Shown: in pieces, positions 8,084-15,572 of the stretch
Layout of the letters: each line of letters opens with the position of its first letter
Numbering within the stretch: the stretch's first letter is position 1
Source: Oligoflexia bacterium
GTDB lineage: Bacteria > Bdellovibrionota > Bdellovibrionia > JABDDW01
Direction: 5' to 3'
Assembly (NCBI GenBank): GCA_043732305.1
Contig: JAYTHU010000214.1
Coordinates: 1-23,381, forward strand
Length of the DNA stretch: 23,381 nt
The notes under the pieces: model-generated
Databases searched by the model: none
Told to the model about the DNA's origin: nothing
What the model saw: only the letters and a program-made list of their open reading frames with translations
Translations under genes and position numbers: made by a program

Positions 8084-9172
8084 TTAAGCAATAAAATGAG
8101 GCAGAAAATTTTCTACCCCTTCCAAATTTAAAAATCTTAAACGAGAAAAGTTAATAAGGCCTTTCTCCATAGCGAGCACCGTGCTACCAAAAAATAAATT
8201 TTGAATTTGCGGGCTAGAAGAATATCCGATGCAAAGGGGGCCATTGGATATCTCGGTAAACGTGGCCTTCAGATTGTCCACGTTTAATTTTTTGTAATCA
8301 TTGGCCCAATTCATATTGGCAGTTTCGAAATCTATTACACATCCGCTCAGCCATCCAGGAATAGGCATATGATGGGCGTAAAACATGGCATGATCGACAG
8401 GCGATAGATTTTGGTTATTCTGAAGAGCCTTCAAATTTTTTAAGGTTCGCGAAGATTTCCGCAGATCCACATTTTCCACGACACTGGCAATTCTACAACA
8501 TTCAGTCATTGCTTTATAAATTCCCATTTCCAAAGAGGAGTCAGCGGCATGCCCAGCCACACCATGATTTCGATCGTTTTTAAAAATGACCGTGACAGTG
8601 GGAACGTGCCCGATGGTTGATACAAACAATTTGATATCGCGGAATTGGCCATTTTTAATGAATTCGGAATTTTTCCAACTCTCAAGCCACTCAGGGAAAG
8701 TAGGCTGGCAAATTTCCCTCATCGGAATTTTCATCAACCAATGAGTAAGTATGGCATCTCTTTCTAAAAGTTCTAACGAAGAATTTGCGCGGGCCAGTTT
8801 GGCTGAGGTATGGACAGCCCAACCATTTGTTGTCTCAGTCCCTACTCCCTTGTTTTTCAGGACTCTGAATACTGCTCTTTCAATTGCTTCGGCGATGCTC
8901 TTTTCAAAAGCAATAATTTTATCCTCAGATTCACCGTAGCCAACTTCACGAATTTCTCCGGCCTGTACTTCAGTGACGAACGAATACTTCGCAAAGTTGA
9001 ATCCTTTTCCCAAATAAGTTCTCTTGATGGAGATGATCCTGAGTTCTAGTTTGTCGTCGTTGGGAAGAACTATCGACTTTCCTTTAAAGAACGCTGCAAA
9101 CTTTGAGGTGTTTGCTAGTGCCGATAATTTCTCAGCGATCGAAGGACTGGGTTTTTTATTTAAATTGCTCAT
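8084..9172 (-). CDS. Standalone YcaO-family protein (ATP-dependent backbone amide activation)
   Basis: GYGES...AFEKSIAEAIER, TTNGWA, LELLERDA, GIYKAMTE and C-terminal LPHFIA. Start placed at ATG 9172 because the longer TTG start overlaps the sigma54 promoter; the true start is uncertain. Confidence 0.9.
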   Translation of the reverse strand: MSNLNKKPSPSIAEKLSALANTSKFAAFFKGKSIVLPNDDKLELRIISIKRTYLGKGFNFAKYSFVTEVQAGEIREVGYGESEDKIIAFEKSIAEAIERAVFRVLKNKGVGTETTNGWAVHTSAKLARANSSLELLERDAILTHWLMKIPMREICQPTFPEWLESWKNSEFIKNGQFRDIKLFVSTIGHVPTVTVIFKNDRNHGVAGHAADSSLEMGIYKAMTECCRIASVVENVDLRKSSRTLKNLKALQNNQNLSPVDHAMFYAHHMPIPGWLSGCVIDFETANMNWANDYKKLNVDNLKATFTEISNGPLCIGYSSSPQIQNLFFGSTVLAMEKGLINFSRLRFLNLEGVENFLPHFIA

Positions 9173-9185
9173 GCAAGACCATTTT

Positions 9186-9202
9186 AGCAATGATGGGGCC
9201 AA
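9186..9202 (-). promoter_or_regulatory. Sigma54 -24/-12 promoter of the ycaO operon
   Basis: Minus strand reads TTGGCCCCATCATTGCT, i.e. TGG-N8-TTGC-W with exact GG-N10-GC spacing; an IHF-like site with one mismatch lies at 9230-9242. Confidence 0.7.
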
Positions 9203-9310
9203 CTGTTGAAACCATTGCCTGTCTAACTGTAAGTGCTTGAAACTAAAAAAGTTTTCGTTTTTCGAGTAGAATACGAATCATGAGTTGGCATCAAGAGGTG
9301 TACTTAATCT

Positions 9311-9426
9311 TTCCAGATTTCCGGAATGGGAAGAGACGGATTTACAATAAAATTTAAATTTCCTTAGGAAATCCGCCGCATTAGTGGAGGTGACAAAATT
9401 TGTAGAAAAATTCCGGAAATATGGAA
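9311..9426. promoter_or_regulatory. Pair of TTCC-N8-GGAA palindromic sites (candidate enhancer/UAS)
   Basis: TTCCAGATTTCCGGAA (9311-9326) and TTCCGGAAATATGGAA (9411-9426), 100 bp apart; same motif as at 3384 and 3441. Confidence 0.6.
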
Positions 9427-9548
9427 TAGATTCGACGGTCATTGAGGTTTGCTAACCGGTTAAAACTGCTTAGCTTTTAAAATTTTTAAATTTCGGGTTC
9501 TTGGAAAGAATGGTTAGCTACGCTTATATAGAGAGACTCTATTTTGTT

Positions 9549-9860
9549 TCAGGGATGTGCTGTAACGTTCTGATAAGAGTATGAGTGAGGAAGTTCTTTA
9601 AGGTGCATAGATCCAGACCCTTGAACAATACTGTAAGTTTGAAAGTCGGATGAGGGTTTTGATAGATTCCGGATCGTATAATTGTGGGTTTTCTCATCAT
9701 AATTTTCTTCGCCTACAACAAAAAACTTAATATGGTAGGAACATCCATCTAGACTGCCTTTTTCCGAAGATATTTTATATTTACTTATTTTTTTAATCCG
9801 AAGTGGTTGGCCCAATTCTCCATCGAATAATTTAGATTTTCCTGATGTCATCGAAGTCAT
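9549..9860 (-). CDS. Hypothetical protein, possibly a gene fragment
   Basis: 103-aa ORF with no SD and no recognisable motif. Confidence 0.35.
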   Translation of the reverse strand: MTSMTSGKSKLFDGELGQPLRIKKISKYKISSEKGSLDGCSYHIKFFVVGEENYDEKTHNYTIRNLSKPSSDFQTYSIVQGSGSMHLKELPHSYSYQNVTAHP

Positions 9861-10023
9861 TCTAGATCAGCCCTAGGTCTAGAAAGGCATGTATATATCC
9901 TCTTAAAATGTCCTTCGGCATCACTTTTATCCGAAGCGATCCACTAAATAGTAGGGTGACTGGAGCTGGATCACTTCAATACTTCGAACTAACTGTAATC
10001 TTTTATCGTTTAAACTCTGGAGA

Positions 10024-10194
10024 CTACTCCTTGCTGTGCAGAGTTGCACTTAACCTTGATAAGTTGATTAATCCAAATTGTTGCTCGTAAGCCGCCTTGA
10101 CGGCATATCGGTAAGTAACCTCACCTAATTTATCGGCAATAAGAAGCATCAAGCCGATTTTAACTAGTACCAGAAACCATTGATTCAAATTCAT
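10024..10194 (-). CDS. Small hypothetical protein with hydrophobic N-terminus, possibly truncated
   Basis: SD GGAG before ATG 10194; 56 aa, MNLNQWFLVLVKIGLMLLIADK... Confidence 0.35.
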   Translation of the reverse strand: MNLNQWFLVLVKIGLMLLIADKLGEVTYRYAVKAAYEQQFGLINLSRLSATLHSKE

Positions 10195-10241
10195 AAGATT
10201 CTCCGTGTAAAAGGTTAATAAAAGCGCTCCGCCAGGCAACT

Positions 10242-10270
10242 CCTGGTGGAACGCCAGTGGAACAGGTCAG
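10242..10270 (+). repeat. Arm-type-like repeat, left copy
   Basis: CCTGGTGGAACG-CCAGTGGAACAGGTCAG; the 17-mer at 10254-10270 recurs exactly at 10744-10760. Confidence 0.7.
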
Positions 10271-10378
10271 ATGAAAAGTAGTGAAATCGGAGGAACTCAG
10301 ATGAACAGCAAAAACGCGTATCTAGTTGATATAAAAAATAAAAGTAATGAAATCAAAAACTTACGAAATCAAAGTGCG

Positions 10379-10397
10379 AATCCCTGCCTCTCCGCCA
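10379..10397 (+). repeat. tRNA 3'-end fragment, copy 1 (att core, attR-like; probably tRNA-Ser)
   Basis: AATCCCTGCCTCTCCGCCA = part of the T-loop, T-stem 3' strand, acceptor 3' strand, discriminator G and CCA; no 5' half precedes it. Confidence 0.8.
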
Positions 10398-10520
10398 TCA
10401 AATTCTCTCTATGCCCCATCTCCGTTGTCACTTCGTCGCGCCTCGCTCAACGTATTGTTCATACGCCTCGCTCGGCGGCTTCCTCAGTTCCTAGGATCTG
10501 GGGCATAGAGAGAATTTGAT
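10397..10520. repeat. 124-bp element bounded by a perfect 22-bp inverted repeat
   Basis: ATCAAATTCTCTCTATGCCCCA (10397-10418) and TGGGGCATAGAGAGAATTTGAT (10499-10520); internal CGCCTCGCTC twice. Confidence 0.85.
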
Positions 10521-10664
10521 AATGGATACGGGCTAGTGATGACGACTCAATGCCGGGTTCGAGAATACAATTGCGAAGCGACAGCGGAGCAAATTTAAGA
10601 TCGAGGAGCTGCTGGACGCAGCGACAACTTTGTTTTCCTGTGAATCGCAGGATCGCGATTCACT

Positions 10665-10683
10665 AATCCCTGCCTCTCCGCCA
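10665..10683 (+). repeat. tRNA 3'-end fragment, copy 2
   Basis: Identical 19-mer to 10379-10397. Confidence 0.8.
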
Positions 10684-10732
10684 CTTTTACCGTAAGTAAT
10701 AGAAACAATTAACGAAAATTCTATTTCCATTT

Positions 10733-10760
10733 CCCAGTGGGTTCCAGTGGAACAGGTCAG
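10733..10760 (+). repeat. Arm-type-like repeat, right copy
   Basis: CCCAGTGGGTT-CCAGTGGAACAGGTCAG. Confidence 0.7.
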
Positions 10761-10894
10761 CTTACAATTCGCAATTTCTTAGTTGGCTGTGGCTCAGGAT
10801 CCTCTCCGCTTTTCGCTTTCCAGAGTTTGTCGTTAAACGCCGTCAAAGCCGATGATTCCCGCTGTGCATAAGGTTTCACACTTGACCAGGTCAT
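10757..10894 (-). pseudogene. Possible C-terminal remnant of a tyrosine integrase
   Basis: Frame reads MTWSSVKPYAQRESSALTAFNDKLWKAKSGEDPEPQPTKKLRIVS*, with its stop inside the arm repeat and pointing at the att core. The upstream frame is closed. Confidence 0.3.
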
Positions 10895-11022
10895 GAACCA
10901 CTTCAAAGAACAGAAAACTTTTCATGTCTACAGGCCAACCTTTCGGGGAAGTCTCCTGCTGGTCCTTCATGCCCGAAACATTTCGATAGATAATCATTCA
11001 GCCAACATAAATATAAATTAGG

Positions 11023-11889
11023 TTATTCTTTTTTAAGTAGTGATTTTAGAGCTTTCAATTTCTTCTCTTCAACTTGGGTCAATTTCGGATATTTGAGATT
11101 CATCTCGTTAAAACGTTTCGCTAAGATTTGGGATATAATCAGTCGTGAGTTTTTCTTATCGTCGCTAGGCACAATATACCAAGGAGCGTGTTTGGAGGTC
11201 GTATGCCTTATACATTCCTCATAGGCAAACTGATATTCTTTCCAGAAAAATCTTTCGTGAACATCTCCCTCAGAAATTTTCCAAAGTTTCTTTGGATCAC
11301 CGAAGCGATCCATTAATCGCCGCTTCTGTTCGTCTTTTGAAATGTGAATAAAAATTTTTACGATCTCAAATCCTTGGCCGTAAAGATATTTTTCGTAATT
11401 TTCGATCTCGTGATATCGCCTTTTCCAGAATTTATCTCCATGTTCCTTTACGGTTGGAAGTTTTTCTTGATCAAGAAGTTTGGGATGAACTCTGGTGATT
11501 AGCGCTTCTTCATAATAAGAGCGATTGAAAATGCCGATTTGTCCGCGAGTAGGAAGGACTCTATTCGCCCGCCAAAGATAATCATGCTCTAGTTCATTTG
11601 ATGTTGGAGTTTTAAAGCTTGTGACAGAGCAACCTTGAGGATTTACGCCAGACATAACATGCTTAATGGCTCCATCCTTACCAGCCGTGTCCATTCCTTG
11701 AAAGATTATTAACAGAGAACGAGAGTGATTTGCATAGAGAAGGGTCTGGCCCTCTTCAATGCAGGCACGGTTCCGATTGAGAAGTTCAGTGTATTCCTCA
11801 TCCGAACCGTACCTGGGTTTAATTTTTACAGGGATATGGGATAACTTGAATTTTTTATTAGAGCATAGCTCAAAGTAATCTTTTTTCAT
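11023..11889 (-). CDS. ppk2: Polyphosphate kinase 2 family protein
   Basis: FQGMDTAGKDGAIKHVMSGVNPQG, HDYLWR, IGIFNRSYYE and APWYIVPSDDK. Confidence 0.93.
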   Translation of the reverse strand: MKKDYFELCSNKKFKLSHIPVKIKPRYGSDEEYTELLNRNRACIEEGQTLLYANHSRSLLIIFQGMDTAGKDGAIKHVMSGVNPQGCSVTSFKTPTSNELEHDYLWRANRVLPTRGQIGIFNRSYYEEALITRVHPKLLDQEKLPTVKEHGDKFWKRRYHEIENYEKYLYGQGFEIVKIFIHISKDEQKRRLMDRFGDPKKLWKISEGDVHERFFWKEYQFAYEECIRHTTSKHAPWYIVPSDDKKNSRLIISQILAKRFNEMNLKYPKLTQVEEKKLKALKSLLKKE

Positions 11890-11911
11890 TGTTTGCGACC
11901 CTCAAAGTTAA

Positions 11912-12829
11912 TTATTTAGGAAGTAATACTCCTGACAAACTTTTGATTTCCACTTCTTCATCCATTTGGGAGAAGAGAATTAATTTGTTGGTAGTGACAG
12001 ATTCGATGTCGTGGACAATTTCTTTAAGAAGTGGGTTGTCTGAAAGACTCCCCAGGATATGGTTTTCAAAATGGATCTTGAAGAAAAAGTACCCATCAGG
12101 ACTTAACCTAAGCATCGCATTTCCAAGAATGTATTTTAATGCATTTATATTATCTTCTGCGGTTTGGCTCCAGGGGCCCGCCCACCATCCACCCACCGGT
12201 CGCATGACGACAATATCAAAAGAGGGAATGCCACGAACGGATATTGATTTATCAAGCTTATCCCACGTGTTTGGATTAATAATATCGCCCAAGATTTCCA
12301 CTGGGACTTTTGCAGCGGGATAATTCATTGGCAAGCTCCCGCGAGAATAGGCACCAAATCGAAGCCCTGTTATTGAATCTGCGAGGGTCTGATTTTCAAT
12401 AAAGAATCCCGAGCCAAAGAGATCGGCGACATTTGCGCCCTTTGCCAGCGTTTTACGACTTCGCAAAAGGTTTTCAAAATAATTTATTGGTGAATAGATT
12501 TCTAATTTTGCAAGTATGTCTGAAAAATCAGTTTCATAGTCCTTTTTGGTGTCAACAACTCCATCAATGAACCAGACAGTTTCCTCCGGCCCGTGATCTT
12601 TATGGTACTTTATGCCAGCGCCTTTAAAGTATTTTTCAGACTCAAATATGAAAGTCTTGGCAAGTGTTTGTTGGTTTGTCGCGCCCTTAATATCATGATT
12701 AAAGGAAATACGTTTTAGACTGTCCTCGCAAGTCATAGCGAATGTAGGTAGATTAAATCCTAGAATAGTAATAAATAGACCTAGTGCTTTGCGGGTAACT
12801 TTTGAGAATTTTTGCAATATCAGCAGCAC
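11912..12829 (-). CDS. Secreted hypothetical protein with possible class I SAM-methyltransferase-like fold
   Basis: Signal-like ALGLFITILGFNLPTFA-MTC; VADLFGSG, FDIVVMRP and LSPDGYFFF resemble MTase motifs. Start uncertain (GTG 12829 chosen). Confidence 0.5.
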   Translation of the reverse strand: MLLILQKFSKVTRKALGLFITILGFNLPTFAMTCEDSLKRISFNHDIKGATNQQTLAKTFIFESEKYFKGAGIKYHKDHGPEETVWFIDGVVDTKKDYETDFSDILAKLEIYSPINYFENLLRSRKTLAKGANVADLFGSGFFIENQTLADSITGLRFGAYSRGSLPMNYPAAKVPVEILGDIINPNTWDKLDKSISVRGIPSFDIVVMRPVGGWWAGPWSQTAEDNINALKYILGNAMLRLSPDGYFFFKIHFENHILGSLSDNPLLKEIVHDIESVTTNKLILFSQMDEEVEIKSLSGVLLPK

Positions 12830-12997
12830 TGAAAACCTTCTTTTATTCCCCTCTCGGCAGCAGTAATCCCAAAAATCACTTCTGTCGATCATAAACGAAT
12901 GTAAATTAAATGATGCGGAATGAATCGTTGAGGCTCGGAAAGTCCCGTAACTTTTATTCAAAAAAACTTGTCTTGGTCACTGAGATGATTTGGGATG

Positions 12998-13013
12998 CGG
13001 GCCCAAAATTGCA
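12998..13013 (+). promoter_or_regulatory. Sigma54-type -24/-12 motif upstream of BON gene 1
   Basis: CGGGCCCAAAATTGCA (GG-N8-TTGCA). Confidence 0.55.
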
Positions 13014-13062
13014 GAAGGATCTCTTTGAAACAAAGATATTAATTTCCCCAAAGGAGAGCAGC

Positions 13063-13728
13063 ATGTTTAATTTTCTACAGAAAAATGACACTAAAATTAG
13101 GGACGATGTGAAAAACGAACTTTTGTGGGATCCCAGTGTGAGCTCAACAGAAATAAGCGTGGAATCCAAAAATGGTATCGTGACTTTGCGTGGAACTGTT
13201 CCGCACTTTTTTGAAAAAGCTACTGCCGAGAAAGCTGCTCAGCGAGTCGGCGGCGTCAAGGGCATAGCCGACGAGATCGAAGTGAAATTAGAGGACTCTT
13301 ACCAGAGACCTGATGAAGATATTCTTCAGGCTGCGAACACCGCCCTCGAGTGGGATTATTCCGTGCCCGCAGGACTGAAAGTATCTGTTGATAAGGGTTG
13401 GGTCACGCTTCGCGGCGAAGCTGATTGGGACTATGAAAGAAGTGCGGCAAAAAGCGCCGTCAGTGATTTGATGGGAGTTCGGGGCGTGACAAATGAAATC
13501 AAGCTGAAGTCCAACATTCAGTCTGCAGACGTTAAGAGTCGCATTGAAGCGGCTCTTAAGCGTTCGGCGGAAACAGAAGGTAAAAATATAAACGTCGAAA
13601 TCAATGGCGACCAAGTGACTTTATCCGGAAATGTGAGTTCTCTTAGTGAAATTGAAGATGCGCGCGTTGCAGCCTGGAATGCCCCGGGAGTCATGTCAGT
13701 ATCCAATAAACTGGTGATCGCACATTAA
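13063..13728 (+). CDS. Triple BON-domain (OsmY-like) protein, paralog 1
   Basis: SD AAGGAG; start MFNFLQK matches both paralogs; three G-x-VTL-x-G repeats; 221 aa. Confidence 0.92.
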   Translation: MFNFLQKNDTKIRDDVKNELLWDPSVSSTEISVESKNGIVTLRGTVPHFFEKATAEKAAQRVGGVKGIADEIEVKLEDSYQRPDEDILQAANTALEWDYSVPAGLKVSVDKGWVTLRGEADWDYERSAAKSAVSDLMGVRGVTNEIKLKSNIQSADVKSRIEAALKRSAETEGKNINVEINGDQVTLSGNVSSLSEIEDARVAAWNAPGVMSVSNKLVIAH

Positions 13729-13738
13729 GCAAGCAGTA

Positions 13739-14560
13739 GTGACTGAAAAGGAACTGGAGCGGCCTTACAGCAAAGGTCGCTCTATAAATGTCAAACCTAA
13801 ACCCGAAGGATTTCCTCAAGTAAGCGCCCAAAATAAGATTCATAGGTATTTGCTTTTACAGTCTAAAGCTTTCGCCGCTATGTCTTCAAAAGCGAATAAA
13901 TACGCTAGCGAAGAATCGGTTCATCAACTCCGTATATTCACGCGGAGGACGCGCGCGGCTCTTTGGATTTTGTTAAATAGTAGTGAGGAAAAAGTTTTCA
14001 AGACATTTGATCATAGACTCGAAAAGCTAGGACATCGGCTCGGTCGTGTTCGAGAATTAGACGTTGCTTTGCAGGACGCAAACCACTTTCACCTTAAATC
14101 TTCGGCTTTAAAGAGGTTACGGAAGAAAGCGCAAAAAAAAATGCGTCAACATTTGAACTTCGGCCAGACACAAAAAATAAAAAACGGGTTTTCATTGGTG
14201 GAATCGGCAATTCAGATTGGTGACCCAGTTTCTCTTACCAATTCCTGGAAAAGTTTGCTGGATCAGCTCCAACACCAGGTGAAACGAGACGCCAATGGAA
14301 AGATCAAACTTCATCAACTGCGCGTGGTAATCAAAAAAGTCCGTTACACGCTAGAGGTGATAGGAAGTTCCACGGTTACGATGGAGCCGCTTTTAGAAAT
14401 CTTAGGAGATGCTCATGACTTGGAATTTTTGCAGACAATAGTAGGGAAGAATAAAAAGGTTAGAACAGCGTATAGAAAACTTAATACCAAAGCGGTTGAA
14501 CTTATAAAGCCGGTCTTACATTCGGCACTTGATGAATTGAGTGGCAATTTGACTCATTGA
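13739..14560 (+). CDS. CHAD-domain (polyphosphate-binding) protein
   Basis: VHQLRIFTRRTRA, LGRVRELDV, LHQLRVVIKKVRY and LGDAHDL; start uncertain. Confidence 0.88.
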   Translation: MTEKELERPYSKGRSINVKPKPEGFPQVSAQNKIHRYLLLQSKAFAAMSSKANKYASEESVHQLRIFTRRTRAALWILLNSSEEKVFKTFDHRLEKLGHRLGRVRELDVALQDANHFHLKSSALKRLRKKAQKKMRQHLNFGQTQKIKNGFSLVESAIQIGDPVSLTNSWKSLLDQLQHQVKRDANGKIKLHQLRVVIKKVRYTLEVIGSSTVTMEPLLEILGDAHDLEFLQTIVGKNKKVRTAYRKLNTKAVELIKPVLHSALDELSGNLTH

Positions 14561-14611
14561 AAGCCGGAAGAATGATTGTGGCGACTAAGTAAGCACAGAG
14601 GAGAGACTTTT

Positions 14612-14833
14612 ATGCACACGATGAAGGATATTAAAACAGGTTTAAACGAGGAAAATAGTGAGTTTGGCGATGCAGGTGAAGAACCTGGAGAGATTGACTT
14701 TACCAACTCTAAATCAAAGCCGCCAAATGAGAAATTTAAGAAACGAACTGAAATACCTAACTCGGCCAAAGTTGTTTCTTCCGATCTACCGGAACCATGG
14801 GAAGATTTGGATACCCCATCAGACACGCACTGA
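14612..14833 (+). CDS. Small charged hypothetical protein
   Basis: SD GAGGAG before ATG 14612; 73 aa, low complexity. Confidence 0.5.
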   Translation: MHTMKDIKTGLNEENSEFGDAGEEPGEIDFTNSKSKPPNEKFKKRTEIPNSAKVVSSDLPEPWEDLDTPSDTH

Positions 14834-15030
14834 GTTCAAGAGTTAAATTGGTACATTAATGTCGAGGAATTATGAAAAGAAAAAGAGAAATATTTTTTAT
14901 GAGGTTAAGTCCAAGTTTGGATTCGGACAGTTATGAGAACGTGATTGAACTTACTAAACAGAATAACAAGTGGTCATACATGAAAGAATCCGTCGAACAG
15001 AAAGAGACGCAAGATGAGGAGAAATTTACG

Positions 15031-15318
15031 ATGAATAAAAATGTAAAATCCGTAATGTCAAAAGAAGAATTGGAAGTTGTAGAGTCGGGAACGATAGCCA
15101 ATGTGAAGTTGCAGTCTGATGCTAGCCTAAAAAAATACATAAAATTGGCAAAGAGTCTTAGAGACAAATACAGCGACATTGTTGATCGTCATCGTGGTTC
15201 GAACAGACATAAACCCAACAGGGATAACATCGAAAAGGTGCATATTTTTGGCGTTGTTCTTGGGAGATTTGATAGGCAGTACCGGAAAAATCGCGCGGAG
15301 GCTGAGTGCGTCAGCTAA
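15031..15318 (+). CDS. Hypothetical protein (LRDKY motif), paralog of 19963-20238
   Basis: SD GAGGAG before ATG 15031; aligns end to end by eye with the 91-aa ORF (LKKYIKLAKSLRDKY vs LKKYIKLTRKLRDKY). Confidence 0.75.
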   Translation: MNKNVKSVMSKEELEVVESGTIANVKLQSDASLKKYIKLAKSLRDKYSDIVDRHRGSNRHKPNRDNIEKVHIFGVVLGRFDRQYRKNRAEAECVS

Positions 15319-15572
15319 ATAGTGTCAATGACGGAACGGTGAAGATGGAGTTTAAGCCCTCAACAATTCGGCGCCAACGTCAGATCATTCGCCATGATAT
15401 TCGTTTATTTGCTTCATACAGCATAGTTTGTCAGCGGCGAAGTGAAACGTCTTGGTATGATCCAATAGGTGATCATCTTGGTCACTACGATATAGACGGA
15501 GTTTCCCAATACTATATCGTTCATTGAATAAGGTCAGTGTTTGTTGGCACTGTCCGGAATTTGGAGAAAATC

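Larger units (their letters stand above)
1..10397. mobile_element. End of an integrative conjugative element / genomic island integrated at a tRNA 3' end
   Basis: Type IV secretion genes plus a terminal tRNA 3' fragment at 10379-10397, preceded by an IHF consensus (10351-10363) and arm-like repeats. The other end, relaxase and integrase are not in the window. Confidence 0.7.

Noticed and set aside
10521..10683. Intact or intron-containing tRNA gene
   Set aside because: No 5' acceptor strand (GGAGAGG), D-arm or anticodon arm is found upstream.
10271..10730. ORFs 10271-10519 (+) and 10533-10730 (-)
   Set aside because: They are translations of att/repeat DNA; GGEAGI is the reverse reading of a tRNA 3' end.
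10242..10760. CRISPR array
   Set aside because: Only two copies of each repeat, irregular spacing and no cas genes.
12910..13062. N-terminal extension of BON paralog 1
   Set aside because: Both paralogues start at MFNF, and the SD and promoter motif fall inside the extension.
15306..15527. 73-aa ORF or decayed gene between the LRDKY gene and nitroreductase
   Set aside because: No SD or recognisable motif on either strand.
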